From Phaeosaccion multiseriatum (lineage: Eukaryota; Protista; Ochrophyta, other classes), in the NCBI GenBank assembly GCA_965112735.1, contig OZ218963.1, forward strand, positions 682,001 through 746,000: 64,000 bases of DNA. Direction: 5' to 3'. The position numbers and the translations under genes are program-made. The notes under the pieces were generated by a model. It did not search any database. It had not been told where the DNA came from and saw only the letters and a list, made by a program, of their open reading frames with translations. Shown here one piece after another: positions 32,459 through 45,710 of the stretch (the stretch's first letter is position 1; each line of letters begins with the position of its first letter).

Positions 32459-33253
32459 TTATCTTTCTTTCTGTCTATCTATATATCCATCTTTCTATCT
32501 ATCTATCTGTCTATCTGTCTGTCTCTTGTCTCTGTCTGCGTCTCTCTCTCTCTGTCTCTGTCTCTGTCTGCGTCTCTCTCTCTCTGTCTCTGTCTCTGGC
32601 TGCGTCTCTCTGTCTCTGTCTCTGTCCCTATCTCTGTCGTTCTCTCCGTGTCTCTTTCTCCGTACCTCTCTCTGGTCTCTGGTCTCTGGTCTCTGGTCTC
32701 TGGCCTCTGTCTCTGTCTCTGTCTCCCTCTCTCTCTCTCCGTCTCGCTGCCTGCTCGCCAAATGCCTCTCTACTGGCCTGACAATGGCCCATCCGCACCA
32801 CCGCCTTGCATTGACTTCATGTCTGCCTGCCCGCCCATATGCCTTCCTTGGCCTGCCTTCCTGCCTTCCTGCCTTCCTTCCTGCCTTCCTGCCTACCTGC
32901 CTGCCTACCTGCCTGCCTGCCTGCCTGCCTGCATGCTTGCCTGCCTTCCTGCCTATCTGCCTGTTTGCCCATATGCTTGCCTGTCTGCCCACATGCCTGC
33001 CCCAGCGTGTTCGCCGACAGCTGGTTCCTAGACACAGATGCTTGGGAGTGGAGCCGAGGCCCTAACATGTCCACAGATGAGGAGGTGAAGCAGCAGCAGC
33101 AGCAGTTGGTGATACAGCAGCAGCAGCAACAAAAACAAAAGCCCCGAGGCAAGAGGGGACACGATCACAAGGACTACACCCTCTCTCCTCCCCTCTCCGT
33201 GAGAAGGACAGGGCTCGCAGGTGTCGTCGTTGAGGGGATTGGGCTCACACAGA

Positions 33254-33285
<32 letters not shown>

Positions 33286-33417
33286 GAGGAGGAGGAGGGG
33301 GAGGGGAAGGGAGGGCAAAAGAAGACGGGCCCGGGCACAGGCAGCTGTGTGGTGTTCATGGGGGGGCAAGACGGTGCCGAGAAGAGGAGGGCTGACCTGA
33401 GGATGATAGTCGTGTAG
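27978..33417 (+). CDS. Kelch-repeat beta-propeller protein with acidic low-complexity N-terminus. Exons 27978-29428, 29994-30294, 31764-31918, 33006-33417
   Basis: Kelch blades: PPGMWGHTC..VCGG, PRVWHTS..VFGG, NRSGHTS..IFGG, SRSFHSA..VFGG, ARTGHAA..VYGGW, VFMGG. Junctions are in phase. Confidence 0.9.
29628..29972 (+). repeat. (CCTT)n then (CCCT)n in kelch intron 1
   Basis: Directly visible. Confidence 0.95.
30350..31482 (+). repeat. 31-bp minisatellite ATAGTCCAAGTCAATAGGAGGGTGGGTGTGG, about 36 copies, in kelch intron 2
   Basis: Head-to-tail units with few point variants and no spacers. Confidence 0.97.
31944..33000 (+). repeat. Compound microsatellite (TGTC)n-(TATC)n-(TCTCTG)n-(CTGC)n in kelch intron 3
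   Basis: Directly visible. Confidence 0.93.
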
Positions 33418-33779
33418 AGAAAGTGGGAGGGAGAGAGAGGGGGGGGGGGTTGGAAGATGGAGAGAGAGAGAGAGAGAGGAGAGAGAGTGGAGAGTGGAGA
33501 GGGAGAGGGAGAGGGAGAGGGAGAGGGATATATATATATATTATATATATATATAAAGGAGAGGCGGAGGGAGGGAAGGAGAGAGGGAGAGGGAGAGAGA
33601 GAGCGCTGCAGGTCAAGGTGTTGAGAGTGGGCCCAGTGGCATAGACTGCCATAGACTGATGATTGAATGCCTTGGTGGGTTGGGTTGACTGACGGGACTG
33701 ACAGACTGACTGCCGGACTGAGTTTTCTTATGGGTTGTTGTTGTGTGGCTGCTAGGTGTGCTTTGCTGCCTCCAAAGGT

Positions 33780-34016
33780 CCCTCCCTCCCTCCCTCCCTC
33801 CCTCTCTCCCTCCCTCCCTCTCTCCCTCCCTCCATCCCCTCCCTCCCTCCCTCCCTCCCTCCCTCCCTCCCTCCCTCCCTCCCTCCCTCCCTCCCTCCCT
33901 CCCTCCCTCCCTCCCTCCCTCCCTCCCTCCCTCCCTCCCTCCCTCCCTCCCTCCCTCCCTCCCTCCCTCCCTCCCTCCCTCCCTCCCTCCCTCCCTCCCT
34001 CCCTCCCTCCCTCCCT
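33780..34016 (+). repeat. Intergenic (CCCT)n
   Basis: Directly visible. Confidence 0.95.
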
Positions 34017-34619
34017 CTGTATCACCAACACACTCACCTCCCGGCCCCTGTGAGGGTTGGCAGGGCGGGGCTTGGGGCGGATCGTACGCACCGTACAATG
34101 TACAGTTTCAAACATACACATACACATATAAACGACAAGAGTTTGCGGGGGCGGGAGCTCCACAAGAGATTCGTGAGCTTCGTAAGCTCTGCTGTCTCTT
34201 TTGTTCAGGCTTCCTTTTTCTTTTCAATAATACAGTACTAAAGTATGCATGCAGGAAGGAGGTGGAAAGTTGTAAGTGTCTCTTTGTATTCCACTTTATA
34301 TGCATGTTCCACGTGTGTTTCAAACGCTAAACCGTGTCTAAAGTCTAAAGTCTGAACTCCTTCCAAACAGATACTTGTACAAGTCATTCAAGTACACTCG
34401 TAATACTCAGAGTCGGTCAGGAGGCAGCAACATCTATATGCTGCTTCAACCCCTCCTACCCCACAGGAGGGGGGGGGTGGGCGGCTTAACGGGCAGGCAG
34501 GCTCTTGTTGAACACCACACGGATGTGCTGAACAAGGCAAGACGGACGCACGTACATTACATGTTACATTACACATTACTTCCCCCTCCCCTCGCTTCGT
34601 ACCATACAGGACGCCTTCT

Positions 34620-34920
<301 letters not shown>

Positions 34921-34991
34921 CAACACACACACACACACCCTCTCTCTCTCACACACACACGCCCTCCCTCTCTTTCTCGTTCTCCATCCAC

Positions 34992-37900
34992 CTAAAGGCG
35001 GCTGTAGTCCCGAATAAAGTCATTGATGGCGTTGAGAAACTTTGGCGTATCGGTGGGTGCATCCACAAGCCCATTGTCAATCTCGTACCACTCCTCGATG
35101 TCCGGCATCAAGGGGCGCGTGTCCACAGCCCGGAGGAGAGAGTAACCGTCGCTGTTGGTGGAGTCTTGTTGCCACACGGCGTACTTCTTGCCGAAGACTC
35201 GAGTCACCGCACCCCACTCGAGGGAGCGCAGGTAGTAGACAGTGGTGAAGGGTTTGAGTACCTGCGAGGAGGAGGAGGAGAAGGAGGAGAAGGAGGAGGG
35301 GGAGGAGGAGGAGGAGAAGAGGAGGAGGGGGAGGAGGAGGAGGAGGAGGAGGAGGGGGAGGAGGAGGAGGAGGAGGAGGAGGAGGAGAGGGAGGAGGAGG
35401 GGGAGGAGGAGGAGGAGGAGGAGGAGGAGGAGGAGGAGGAGGAGGAGGAGGAGGAGGAGTGTAGAGTTGTGCAAGTTGTGCATGTGGTTTCGTCAGTGTG
35501 TAGAGTGAAAGCGAGATAGAGAATAGTGTAAGAGTGTACAGTGGTGCATGTGGTTACGTAAGAGTGTACAGTGGTGCATGTAGAGGTGTTCCGTAAGAGT
35601 GTAGAGGTGTTCATGTGGTTATGTAAAGGTGGACGATCCCACCACGGGCAACGCACTTGGCACTACCGTATCACCAACGAGTGTGTGTATGTGCGTGTGT
35701 GAGAGAGTGTGTGCGTGCGTGAGAGAGACAGAGGGATGTACACACACACACAACACACACACGCACCCACACACACGCACCCACACACACACGCCACATA
35801 CATACATACTTCCATACATACATACATACTTACAATGTCTCGAATCTTCCTCCCAGCGAGGCCGAAGCCTGTGGTGTCCATGTTGACGAGCTCAGGGTTG
35901 ACAAGGATGAGGAACAGCTCGGGGTGGTTCTCATTCATCTGTGGACAGAAGCGATGGAGTGAAGGAGCGGGTGGATGAGTGAGTGAGTGAGGGAGAGTGG
36001 GTGAGTGAGAGTGTGTGAGTGAGGGGGTGAGTGGGTGACTGAGTGGGTGAGTGAATGAGTAAGGGAGTGAGTGAGTGAGTGAGTGAGTGAGAGAGTGAGA
36101 GAGGGAGTGAGTGAGTGAGCGAGTGAATGGACGGTGCAAAGAGACGCGGCGAGAAGGGGGGGCGAAGTGGCAGCAAAGGGCTCAAGGCTGGAGAGGGGAA
36201 AGGGAAGGAGAGGAAGAGGAAGTACGCACTCCACTCCCGCCTATCTCTCTCTCCCTCCCTCCTTCCCTCCCCCCTTCCCTCTCTCTCGACCCTTACAAGG
36301 GAAGGAGAGGAAGAGGAAGTAAGCACTCCACTCCCGCCTATCTCTCTCTCCCTCCCTCCTTCCCTCCCCCCTTCCCTCTCTCTCGACCCTTACAAGGGAA
36401 GGAAAGGAAGAGGAAGTAAGCACTCCACTCCCGCCTATCTCTCTCTCTCTCTCTCTCGCCCCCTTCCCTCTCTCTCGCCACTCCCCCCCCTCCTCCCTCA
36501 CCTCATTCACGAGCTGCACCACTTGATCTGCCTCTGAATTCCGAGGACACACGAGCACCACTCCAACATCAGAGTCGGCGATCTTACTCGGCGTGCCCGC
36601 CCCCCCCACCGCCCCAAACTTGCAGCACGCAGGCACCTAAGCGGACAGAGGAAGGAAGGGAGGAAGGGAGGGAGGGAGGGAGGGAGGGAGACGGGGGAGG
36701 GAGGGAGGGAGGGAGGCAGGGAGAGAGGGAGGGAGGGAGGGAGGGAGGGAGGGAGGGAGGGAGGGAGGGAGGGAGGGAGACGGGGGAGGGAGGCAGGGAG
36801 GGAGGGAGGCAGGGAGGGAGGCAGGGAGAGAGGCAGGGAGGGAGGGAGGGAGGGAGGGAGGGAGGGAGGGAGGGAGGGAGACGGGGGAGGGAGAGGGGGG
36901 AGGGAGGGAGAGGGGGGAGGGAGGGAGGGAGGGAGGGAGTGAGTGAGTGAGTAAGGGAGGGGGGGAGGGAGGGAGAGAGGGAGTGAGGGAGGGGGGGAGG
37001 GAGGGAGGAAGGGAGAGGTGGAGGGGAGGGGAGAGGTGGAGGGGAGGGGAGGCAACCGACAAAGGAGTAGAGAGGGGGAGAGAGAGAGAGAGAGCTGAAA
37101 CGCCCCTTTTAGTCCAGTTCGTGCTCGATTCCCAAAACCAGACACCAAGACACCCAAACAACCAAGCTCTGTATGGGGGGGGTGAAACAGGAGTAGGGAG
37201 GGAGAGAGAGACAATTGAAACGCTTCTTTTTCACCCACCTTCATTTTGCCCTGCTTTTGCCAGTTACGGGTACAAAGCATGGCGCTTCCCATGTCGGGGA
37301 AAAGGACACGAAGCGTGGGGCCTGTGTACTCCTCTTCCACGACTGGGGCAGCAGCAGCAGCAGCCGCAGCAGCTTCCTTCCTCTTGTTGTCCGACGCCTC
37401 ATCCTCCTCCGCGCTGAAACTGTACACTTCGACTTCTCCTTCTTGCTTGCTCACTTCCCGTGCTGCTGCTGCCTCTGCGACTGCTGCTGCCACGGCCTCC
37501 TCCGTCTCCTGCAGGACGACTTTCCGAGAGAACTGATCGAGGAAGAGCTGCATGAATTCGAGTGAGCTCTTGAGGAGGGTGTACATTTCATCCCCGCAGC
37601 GAGTGTCGTAGTCAATGCGCAGTCGCAACGATCCCTGTGTGGCGCCAGCAAAGTGGAAGGAGAGGGGGCGTGGGGTAGTAGCATGAAGAAGCAGCAGTGT
37701 ATCATCAATTAGCTGTAATGCTGCGAGTAAGGGCAACTCCTTGGGAGTTGAGTTAAGTTTGTGATTGGGTGAGTGAGTGGAGTGAGGATCCGTTCTCCAC
37801 CAGGGGCAGATACCAAGCCATCCATCAACCCACCCACCTGCTCCAGCGCATCCGTGGTTCCCTTGACCATGAGCGCTACAGAGTCTTCAAAGTCGTCAGG

Positions 37901-38308
37901 CAGCCCCGTCACGTCGGGGTCAAGCGGCGCACCTGGCGGCAGCTCAGCAGGCGAGAGAGACGTGGCCGCATCTGACTCACTCCCTTCGGCAGCCGCAATC
38001 TCAGCAAGAGCCGCCGCCTCCGCCTCTGAAGAGGCCCCCAGTCGCAGCAATGATTCCCCTCCTTCCCTTCCTCCTCTCGCTCCTGCTGCCGCTTGCCCTC
38101 CTCCTCTTCTTCTCCTCCCCCTTCCTGCCAATAAAACCCGCTCTCCTCCTGCTTCTGCTGCTGCCGCTGCTGCTGTGATCCTTCTACAACTGCTCCCTTC
38201 CCTTCTTGATGCGGGCGGAAATGCCCTCTGTGGTGCTCCTGTCAGAAACCCGGAAACATGTGGCCCTGCCGTAGCGAGGACGCCAAGGGAACACACAATC
38301 AGCTTCAT
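34992..38308 (-). CDS. DUF1995-family (LPA3-like) protein, probably plastid-targeted. Exons 38308-37838, 37634-37239, 36636-36502, 35938-35834, 35261-34992
   Basis: All junctions are phase-0 GT-AG. Motifs: LPDDFEDSV..ATxxAL-like start, LRVLFPDMGSA, VLVCP, LILVNPEL..GFG, FTTVYYLR..GAVTRVF..YAVW. Signal peptide ends VSG/FL (ASAFAP-like Phe). Confidence 0.82.
36200..36445. repeat. 97-bp tandem repeat (about 2.5 copies) in a DUF1995 intron
   Basis: AGGGAAGGA..GGAAGTA.GCACTCCACTCCCGCC recurs at about 36201, 36298 and 36395. Confidence 0.85.
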
Positions 38309-38515
38309 GGCGTCTACTTTGGATGTCTGCTGCTGGTGATGGGTGTGCTATCTGCCCGCGGCTTGCAATAATGACAAGAAAGAGGGTGGGCGGAGGGAAA
38401 AAATATGAAAAAAAATCAAATCAAGTGGACGCCATCTGGTGCCATCTGCGTTACGCCCTTCCGTCCCTCTCTCCCTCCGATATCTCCCTCCTCCCTCCCT
38501 CCCTCCCTCCCTCCC

Positions 38516-41325
38516 TCACTCACATCACTCACTCACTCACTCACTCACTCAATCACTCACTCACTCACTCACTCACTCACCCACCCACTCACTCACCCAC
38601 CCACTCACTCACTCACTCACTCACTCACTCACTCACTCACTCACTCACTCATTCACTCACTCACTCACTCACTCACTCACTCACTCACTCACTCACTCAC
38701 TCACTCACTCACTCACTCACTCACTCACTCACTCACTCACTCACTCACTCACTCACTCACTCACTCACTCACTCACTCACTCAGTCACTCACTCACTCAC
38801 TCACTCACTCACTCACTCACTCACTCACTCACTCACTCACTCACTCACTCACTCACTCACTCACTCACTCACTCACTCACTCACTCACTCACTCACTCAC
38901 TCACTCACTCACTCACTCACTCACTCACTCACTCACTCACTCACTCACTCACTCACTCACTCACTCACTCACTCACTCACTCACTCACTCACTCACTCAC
39001 TCACTCACTCACTCACTCACTCACTCACTCACTCACTCACTCACTCACTCACTCACTCACTCACTCACTCACTCACTCACTCACTCACTCACTCACTCAC
39101 TCACTCACTCACTCACTCACTCACTCACTCACTCACTCACTCAGTCACTCACTCACTCACTCACTCACTCACTCACTCACTCACTCACTCACTCACTCAC
39201 TCACTCACTCACTCACTCACTCACTCACTCACTCACTCACTCACTCACTCACTCACTCACTCACTCACTCACTCACTCACTCACTCACTCACTCACTCAC
39301 TCACTCACTCACTCACTCACTCACTCACTCACTCACTCACTCACTCACTCACTCACTCACTCACCCACCCACTCACCCACCCACTCACTCACTCACTCAC
39401 TCACTCACTCATTCACTCACTCACTCACTCACTCACTCATTCACTCACTCACTCACTCACTCACTCACTCACTCACTCACTCCTCACTCGCTCACTCACT
39501 CACTCACTCACTCACTCACTCACTCACTCACTCACTCACTCACTCACTCACTCACTCACTCACTCACTCACTCACTCACTCACTCACTCACTCACTCACT
39601 CACCCACCCACTCACCCACTCACTCACTCACTCACTCATTCACTCACTTGCTCTCTCACTCACTCACTCACTCACTCACTCACTCACTCACTCACTCACT
39701 CAATCACTCACTTACTCACTCACTCACCCACTCACCACTCGCTCACTCACTCACTCACTCACTCAACCCACCCACTCACTCACCCACTCACTCAACTCAC
39801 TTGCTCTCTCACTCACTCACTCACTCACTCACTCACTCACTCGGCCTGATTCGGCAGCAGCTCTCCATTAGACCATTAGTCTACAGCGGGCATTAGACCA
39901 TTAGTCTCCAGCGGGCACTAGACCATTGATCTACAGCGGCCATCTCTCGGGGAGGGAGACTCCATAGCTACGATACCCTGTCTGCTTCGGGGCACCATGC
40001 CTGCCACTCAAGCAGTGACCACACTGGACTGGGGACTCATGGGGGTTGCTTCTCACGGACGCCGCTAGTACACGGAGCATATTGATACCACTGATGTGTC
40101 TTATTGGAAAGCTCAACACATCATGGTACACAGTATAGATCAGTCATTGATATCATAGTCATTAGCAACCGATCTACCTAACGAGCAAGTTCGCTCTACG
40201 TCATACACTCACTCACTCACTCGCTCGCTCACGGAGAGGAACTGCCACCTCCTTTTACAGCAGCTGGTGCTTCTCCTACAGCAGCTGGTGGTACAGCAGT
40301 TGGTGGTACAGCAGCTGCCCTGCCGCCTCAAATCGGAAACCTTCTCCTCGCTCCCCCCACCGATGACCATCAACCCGCTGCCATCTCCTGCCGTCCGCTG
40401 CCACCCCCTACCTTCCACTACCGTCCACTACGCGCCACTGCCACCCACTATCACATATACTCCTTCCCTCTTCCCTCCCTCCCTCCCTCCCTCCCTCCCT
40501 TCCTCCCTCCCTCTTCCCTCCCTCCCTCCCTCCCTCCCTCCCTTCCTCCCTCCCTCCCTCCCTCCCTCCCTCCCTCCCTCCCTCCCTCCCTCCCTCCCTC
40601 CCTCCCTCCCTCCCTCCCTCCCTCCCTCCCTCCCTCCCTCCCTCCCTCCCTCCCTCCCTCCCTCCCTCCCTCCCTCCCTCCCTCCCTCCCTCCCTCCCTC
40701 CCTCCCTCCCTCCCTCCCTCCCTCCCTCCCTCCCTCCCTCCCACCCACCCTCCCCCCCTCCCTCCCTCCCTCCCTCTCTCCCTCTCTCCCCCCCCCCCTC
40801 CCTACCTACCTACCTCCCTCCCTCCCTCCCTTCCTCCCTCCCTCCCCCTCCCTCCCTCCCTCCCTCCCCCTCTCTCCCTCCCTCCCTCCCTCCCTCCCTC
40901 CCTCCCCCTCCCTCCCTCCCTCCCCCTCTCTCCCTCCCTCCCTCCCTCCCCCTCTCTCCCTCCCTCCCTCCCTCCCTCCCTCCCCCTCCCTCCCTTCCTT
41001 CCCCTCTCTCCCTCCCTCCCTTCCTCCCTCCCTCCCTCCCCCTCTCCCTCCCTCCCTCCCTCCCTCCCTCCCTCCCTCCTCTCTGTCGTGTGCTTGGGGA
41101 TGTAGCGTAAGAACGTGTGTGTCTTTGCCAATGAAGGGGGGTGGCGCGGCGGCGCGGCTGATGCCGATATTACTCCACCCTTGTTGCCTTTTGTCTGATT
41201 GCTTGCTGCGTTCCGTTCATTTAGACCTTAACCAATAGTAGCGATCCCACGATCCAAAATGTCGATTCGCAAAGTCGACTGCTGCGTGTGCGTGCGTGCG
41301 TGCGCGTGTGCGCGTCTCACTTGTG
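38516..41325 (+). repeat. Left copy of a long direct repeat: (TCAC)n, unique core, (CCCT)n, unique tail
   Basis: Core 39841-40470 and tail 41080-41325 align with 46512-47290 and 48611-48879. Confidence 0.93.
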
Positions 41326-42136
41326 TGTGTGTGTCTAGTGTTTGAGGCTGGGCTGGTGTGCAGGGGGGGGTGTGTGTGCGTGGTGAAGGAGACGCCTCCG
41401 CCATCGACGGAGAATGACCATGGTAGACCAGCAGCAGGAGGGTGTCCCCGTTGGTGCTACAGCTGTGTGTGTGCAACAGAGCACACCGGGGCTCCGGGGG
41501 GGGCGACAACGCCCTTCTCTCCGTGTGTACCACCAACTGCCGTACCCGCTGCCCCCGGGATCGAGAGATGCTTATCATACAAGCTCACAGTGGCGAGGAT
41601 GAAAAAGTGGGCATACACGAAGACCTGTGAGCCCTTCACTCTCACATAGATGCGCGGATCGATATTGGATCACGGGATTGATATTAAATCCCCCTTCTAA
41701 TGAACTCAACCGAACATGGATACGCCAATCGGGCAAGGACGAGCAGTGTCTGTACTCTCTGGGTGAGTACGAGAACGAGCGTTTCATGCGTTTCATATGG
41801 TTGTGAGAAGCGACAGCCCCACCCCCAGGCCTTCGTTTCGGCACTTGGCTCTCTCTATCTGGGAGGGCACAAAAGGAAAAGATGGAATTGTTGAATCAAT
41901 CTTCGGGTATCGTATGTACTTATAATGGAAAGAATATATCCACCCTTCCCATATATATGTAGAGAGAGGGAGAGGTGGCACTTGAAGGTCCGCACACGCC
42001 TCACTCCTTGTCAAGGTAGGTGTGCACCGCCCTTTGTACAGCGTCATCGCCCAAAGGTTGCTGCTGCTCCTGCTGCTCACAAGAATGAGACTTAGGAAGA
42101 AGCGTGAGCGACAGCGCTGTTGTTGGTGCTTGCATT

Positions 42137-43603
42137 TCACTCGACCCCCGCCTGGCCGTCCCCGGTGGGAGCGGGGGGCACGCTGTCTGAGTCCACGCTC
42201 CACTTCAGGAAAACGGTGTTGTCCTCGGTGGTGCGGACCATGAGGCAGACAGGCTGCGTGGGGAGCACCACGCCCACGGCGCGGAGGCTGAGCATCGCGG
42301 CTTGCACCACGCAGGTGGTAAAGAAGGAGGTGTCGAAGTAGCCTTTGGGCGACAAGAACACGAAGGACTGGACCTGCGGGGTGGGAGGGGGGGTGACAGC
42401 GATGTCGAGTTCGGAGCGATGGGAAGAGACGTGTGTGAGGAGCCCTGAGAGAAGCCCTGAGCGACTGCAGCGAGTTTTGCCTCCCCAGACAGTATCAGCC
42501 ACAGGCCCCCCTTTCCCGCTTTGCAGGACAGCGCCCATTGCAGGACGAGAGATGGAAACGAGAGCTCTGGGTGCGTACCGTGACAAAGTCGCCAGGGTCT
42601 TGCCCCGTCGTTGTGGGCCCGATCAAGCACACAATCTTGACGTGTGGCCCATTGAACGCCATCCTCGCCATGTCCGTTGGAATGGCATCGCGCAAGGCGG
42701 GCTCCTCCGTCGACGCAGCGGCTGCGAGCAGGGCTCCTGGCGCCGCCACCGAAGCTTCTCCGAGGGACGCGGCCGAAGCGTCTTCCGCATTGGCCGGGGG
42801 AAGGCCACCTGCCGCTGCGCCTTCGGCCTCCTCTGCTGCCGGAACCTTTAGCATGAGGGTGGCTCTCTCGCTGCTAAGGACCAGTCGCGCTGTTGGGGGG
42901 AGGGGCGGGTGACGGCAGCGGATCGGGGCTCTCGTGTGAGGCACAGCCAGAGCGGTGCCAGTGGCGCTGCGAATGAAGAAGGAGTTTATCGGGGACAGTT
43001 GCTCGGCTCACCATTTTCACTGTAGTACTCGCTCAGCGTGCCAGCGGGGACTCCACAGCGAGACCTTATGAACAGCTCAGTCCTCCACGAGCTTCTCCAA
43101 GTCAAAGGCTCTGCCTCGGGTAGTTCTCCGAAACTGTTCACCCACAAGTGTTTCCAGAGCAGGTGGTTGGGGTCGCTCAACCACGCCTGCACGGCCGATC
43201 AACGGGGGGGGAGAGGCAAACACCGAAGAGCGGTGAGATGGCTGTAGCGAAGGCACCAGCAAGGAGTGGGAGGAAGGCAGAGAAGACAGAGAGGGAAAAG
43301 GAGAAGAGGGGTGCTGGGGAAGGCCAAGAGGATAGCTCTTTCTTTATTTCACCCTTTCCTCACCTTGCACGTCTGGTTCACTGCCCAGAGGCTGTCCATG
43401 TCCAAGAGGGATACGACTTGTGCCCACAACTCCCCGGGCACATCGCCCCAGCAGGGCTTTGCGTCCGAAGAGGGCTGCTTTTGGTTGCTGCTGCAGCTCG
43501 TCCGCTGTTTGCTGCGGCTGGGGTCTCTCCTCCTGCTGCTGCTGCTGCTGCTGCTGCTCCTCTTGCTGCTCCTCCTCTTGCTGCTGCTCCTGGTGGCGGC
43601 CAT
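42137..43603 (-). CDS. F-box protein. Exons 43603-43364, 43186-43012, 42889-42579, and a last exon ending at 42137 (acceptor uncertain, ~42373)
   Basis: Spliced WGDVPGELWAQVVSLLDMDSLWAVNQTCK|AWLSDPNHLLWKHLW fits the F-box consensus. The first two junctions are in-phase GT-AG. C-terminal domain not recognised. Confidence 0.72.
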
Positions 43604-44252
43604 GGTGAATGCTGGCTTGCTGTTGATCGTCTGGGCGCTAGTGATATTACCAGTCATATATAGAGGAAAAGGAACGGGCGGTTGTGGCGGCCGTTACAGG
43701 CCCACTCAGAGATGGACCACCCAACAATGGTTAAGTACGATATAGCCCCCCTTATGTATGTATGGAGCAGTGATGCAGCCAACAGGCGATATGCTACCTG
43801 ACCATTTGTCCCAGCAGCAACGACGTACAACTGTAGTAGCTCAGGCCAAAAGGGAAAGAAGGGGGGGGGTGGTAGTTGTGCTTGAGCCTGGGCTGGTGTG
43901 CAGGGGGGGTGTGTGTGTGCGTGGTGAAGGAGGCGCCTCCGCCATCGACGGAGAATAGACCAGCAGCAGGAGGGTGTCCCCGTTGCTGCTAGTGATATCA
44001 CCAGTTTATATATAAAAGAGAGAGAGAGAGAGGAAAAGGAAATGTGAGGTGGTGGCGGCAGTTACACGCGCCCACATCAGAGAGACCATCCAACTTCAAA
44101 AAAATAAGGCCCCCCTTACATTATTATGGTGAGCATGCCAACAGGCGATATCAACAGACCTCTGAGTGAGCTCCACCAGCTCGCCATCGACCTGCCCGCC
44201 TACCTGATCGTTGGTCCCATTGGCAGCAACGACGACGCCATTTAAAAAAAAA

Positions 44253-45570
44253 TCAAACTGAAACTGAAGTTAGGTCTTGCTTTTTTGGGGTTTTCAGCTC
44301 TTCTTCATCCTTCGCAGCTCCTGCTCTCTTGCCTCCCTCGCCAGCACCACTGTGGTACGTCTTGTAGTCCACTTCCCTCCCACGTCGCCCGCTGCTGGTC
44401 GTCCCGGTCTTCGTTTCCTGCGCTTGCTTAGCTCTTGTGTAGTGGTGTTCCTCTTCGTCCTCCTCCTCTTCACTACTGCTGCCACTGCTGCTGCTACTGC
44501 AGTACGCTAAGCCGAGGGCGTCACTTGTTTGAAATCGAATAACCCTTGTTGCCTGTTCTTGCAGAGAAGCGCTCTGTGACTGCCCTTGACGAGTTCTTCC
44601 CAAAAGTTCTCTGCTCACTGGTGATAGCTAGTGAAGCTCCTCAACTGATGGCCGCGGCGGGTAGCTAGCGTTGCAAAATGTCGATACACCAGCGTAAATC
44701 GCCTCGATGGCCACGTCGCTCGAGCCGCCGCTGCCCTGTCGCACACAAACACCAGCCAGCCACGTCATCAACCACCTCGCTCCGCCTCGCTCCTCAGCCA
44801 ACTTGTTGTAACCCCGCATCTGTTGACTGCCGGTGGAAGGGGCGGATTTGTAGCCTAGGAGGTCCAATTTGCTTGCTTGTTCTGGTCTTCCCCCTCCCCC
44901 CCCCTCCTCGCTGGTGCGCTTGCCCACGATTGCCCATTGTGGTCTCCACGACCAAATCGTCCAGAAGCTGAGCGAGCAAGCAAGTACATAGCTACCCCAA
45001 CCTCCCCGCGCTGCTTTCACAAGGGCGATATCGTAACGCCGTAGGACGAAGCGCCGAAGAGACTTCACGCTTCCTGGCGCACTCTGGCGTCCCTTCCTAC
45101 CTTTCTTTAGCACCGCTTTTGTCACGGTGCTTGCTTTACAGTGGCGCTGGCTTGCGCTGGCGACAAGAATGACCCCGCTGCTGAGCGTGAGGCGTCTCGA
45201 GCGAGTTGGCAAGGGCGCGCGCGAGAGGACGAGGGGCCCGGTCCCAACGCCGTAGCGCGCTCTCTGCGTCACAGTCTGCTGCCTCACCCCCTTCACACGG
45301 CGAGAGAAGTTTAGGCAGTCGACACGGTCTTGTTGACGCTTCTCGTCCGTGCGAGGGACAGGTTTCGGCTTCTGTACCTTACATAGAAGCTCCGACGATC
45401 GAATCTCCGCAATCACATCACGCCCGTACTGCTGCCGACTTCTGCTCGCAGCCTGTTGTGATGATGGCGGTTTCCCTGTCGCTAAGGTAGTGTTCTCGGT
45501 CAGGCCTTCCAGGAAGATGTGTACTTTGTGGAACGGAGCAATTGACTCTGCCAAGTCCCGCGCAGCACCA
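44253..45570 (-). other. Unassigned open frames (44628-45570 and 44253-44618), possibly a decayed gene or element remnant
   Basis: Non-repetitive open frame over 900 nt with no clear ATG start and no recognisable motif. Confidence 0.2.
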
Positions 45571-45710
45571 TCCTCCTCCTCCTCCTCCTCCTCCTCCTCC
45601 TCCTCCTCCTCCTCCTCCTCCTCCTCCTCCTCCTCCTCCTCCTCTTCATCCTCCTCCTCCTCCTCCTCCTCCTCCTCCTCCTCCTCCTCCTCCTCCTCCT
45701 CCTCCTCCTT

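Noticed and set aside
38323-39896. ORFs of about 500 aa (THSL repeats), and similar PPSL/GGRE/LSIY ORFs at 16199-17797, 20208-21536, 31769-33065, 45349-46567 and 47024-48710
   Set aside because: Stop-free microsatellites that are open in several frames at once, with no coding signal.
40088-40115. CTGATG...GAAA hammerhead-like core in the direct-repeat unit (also ~46837)
   Set aside because: The CUGANGA consensus is broken in both copies and no supporting stems were found.
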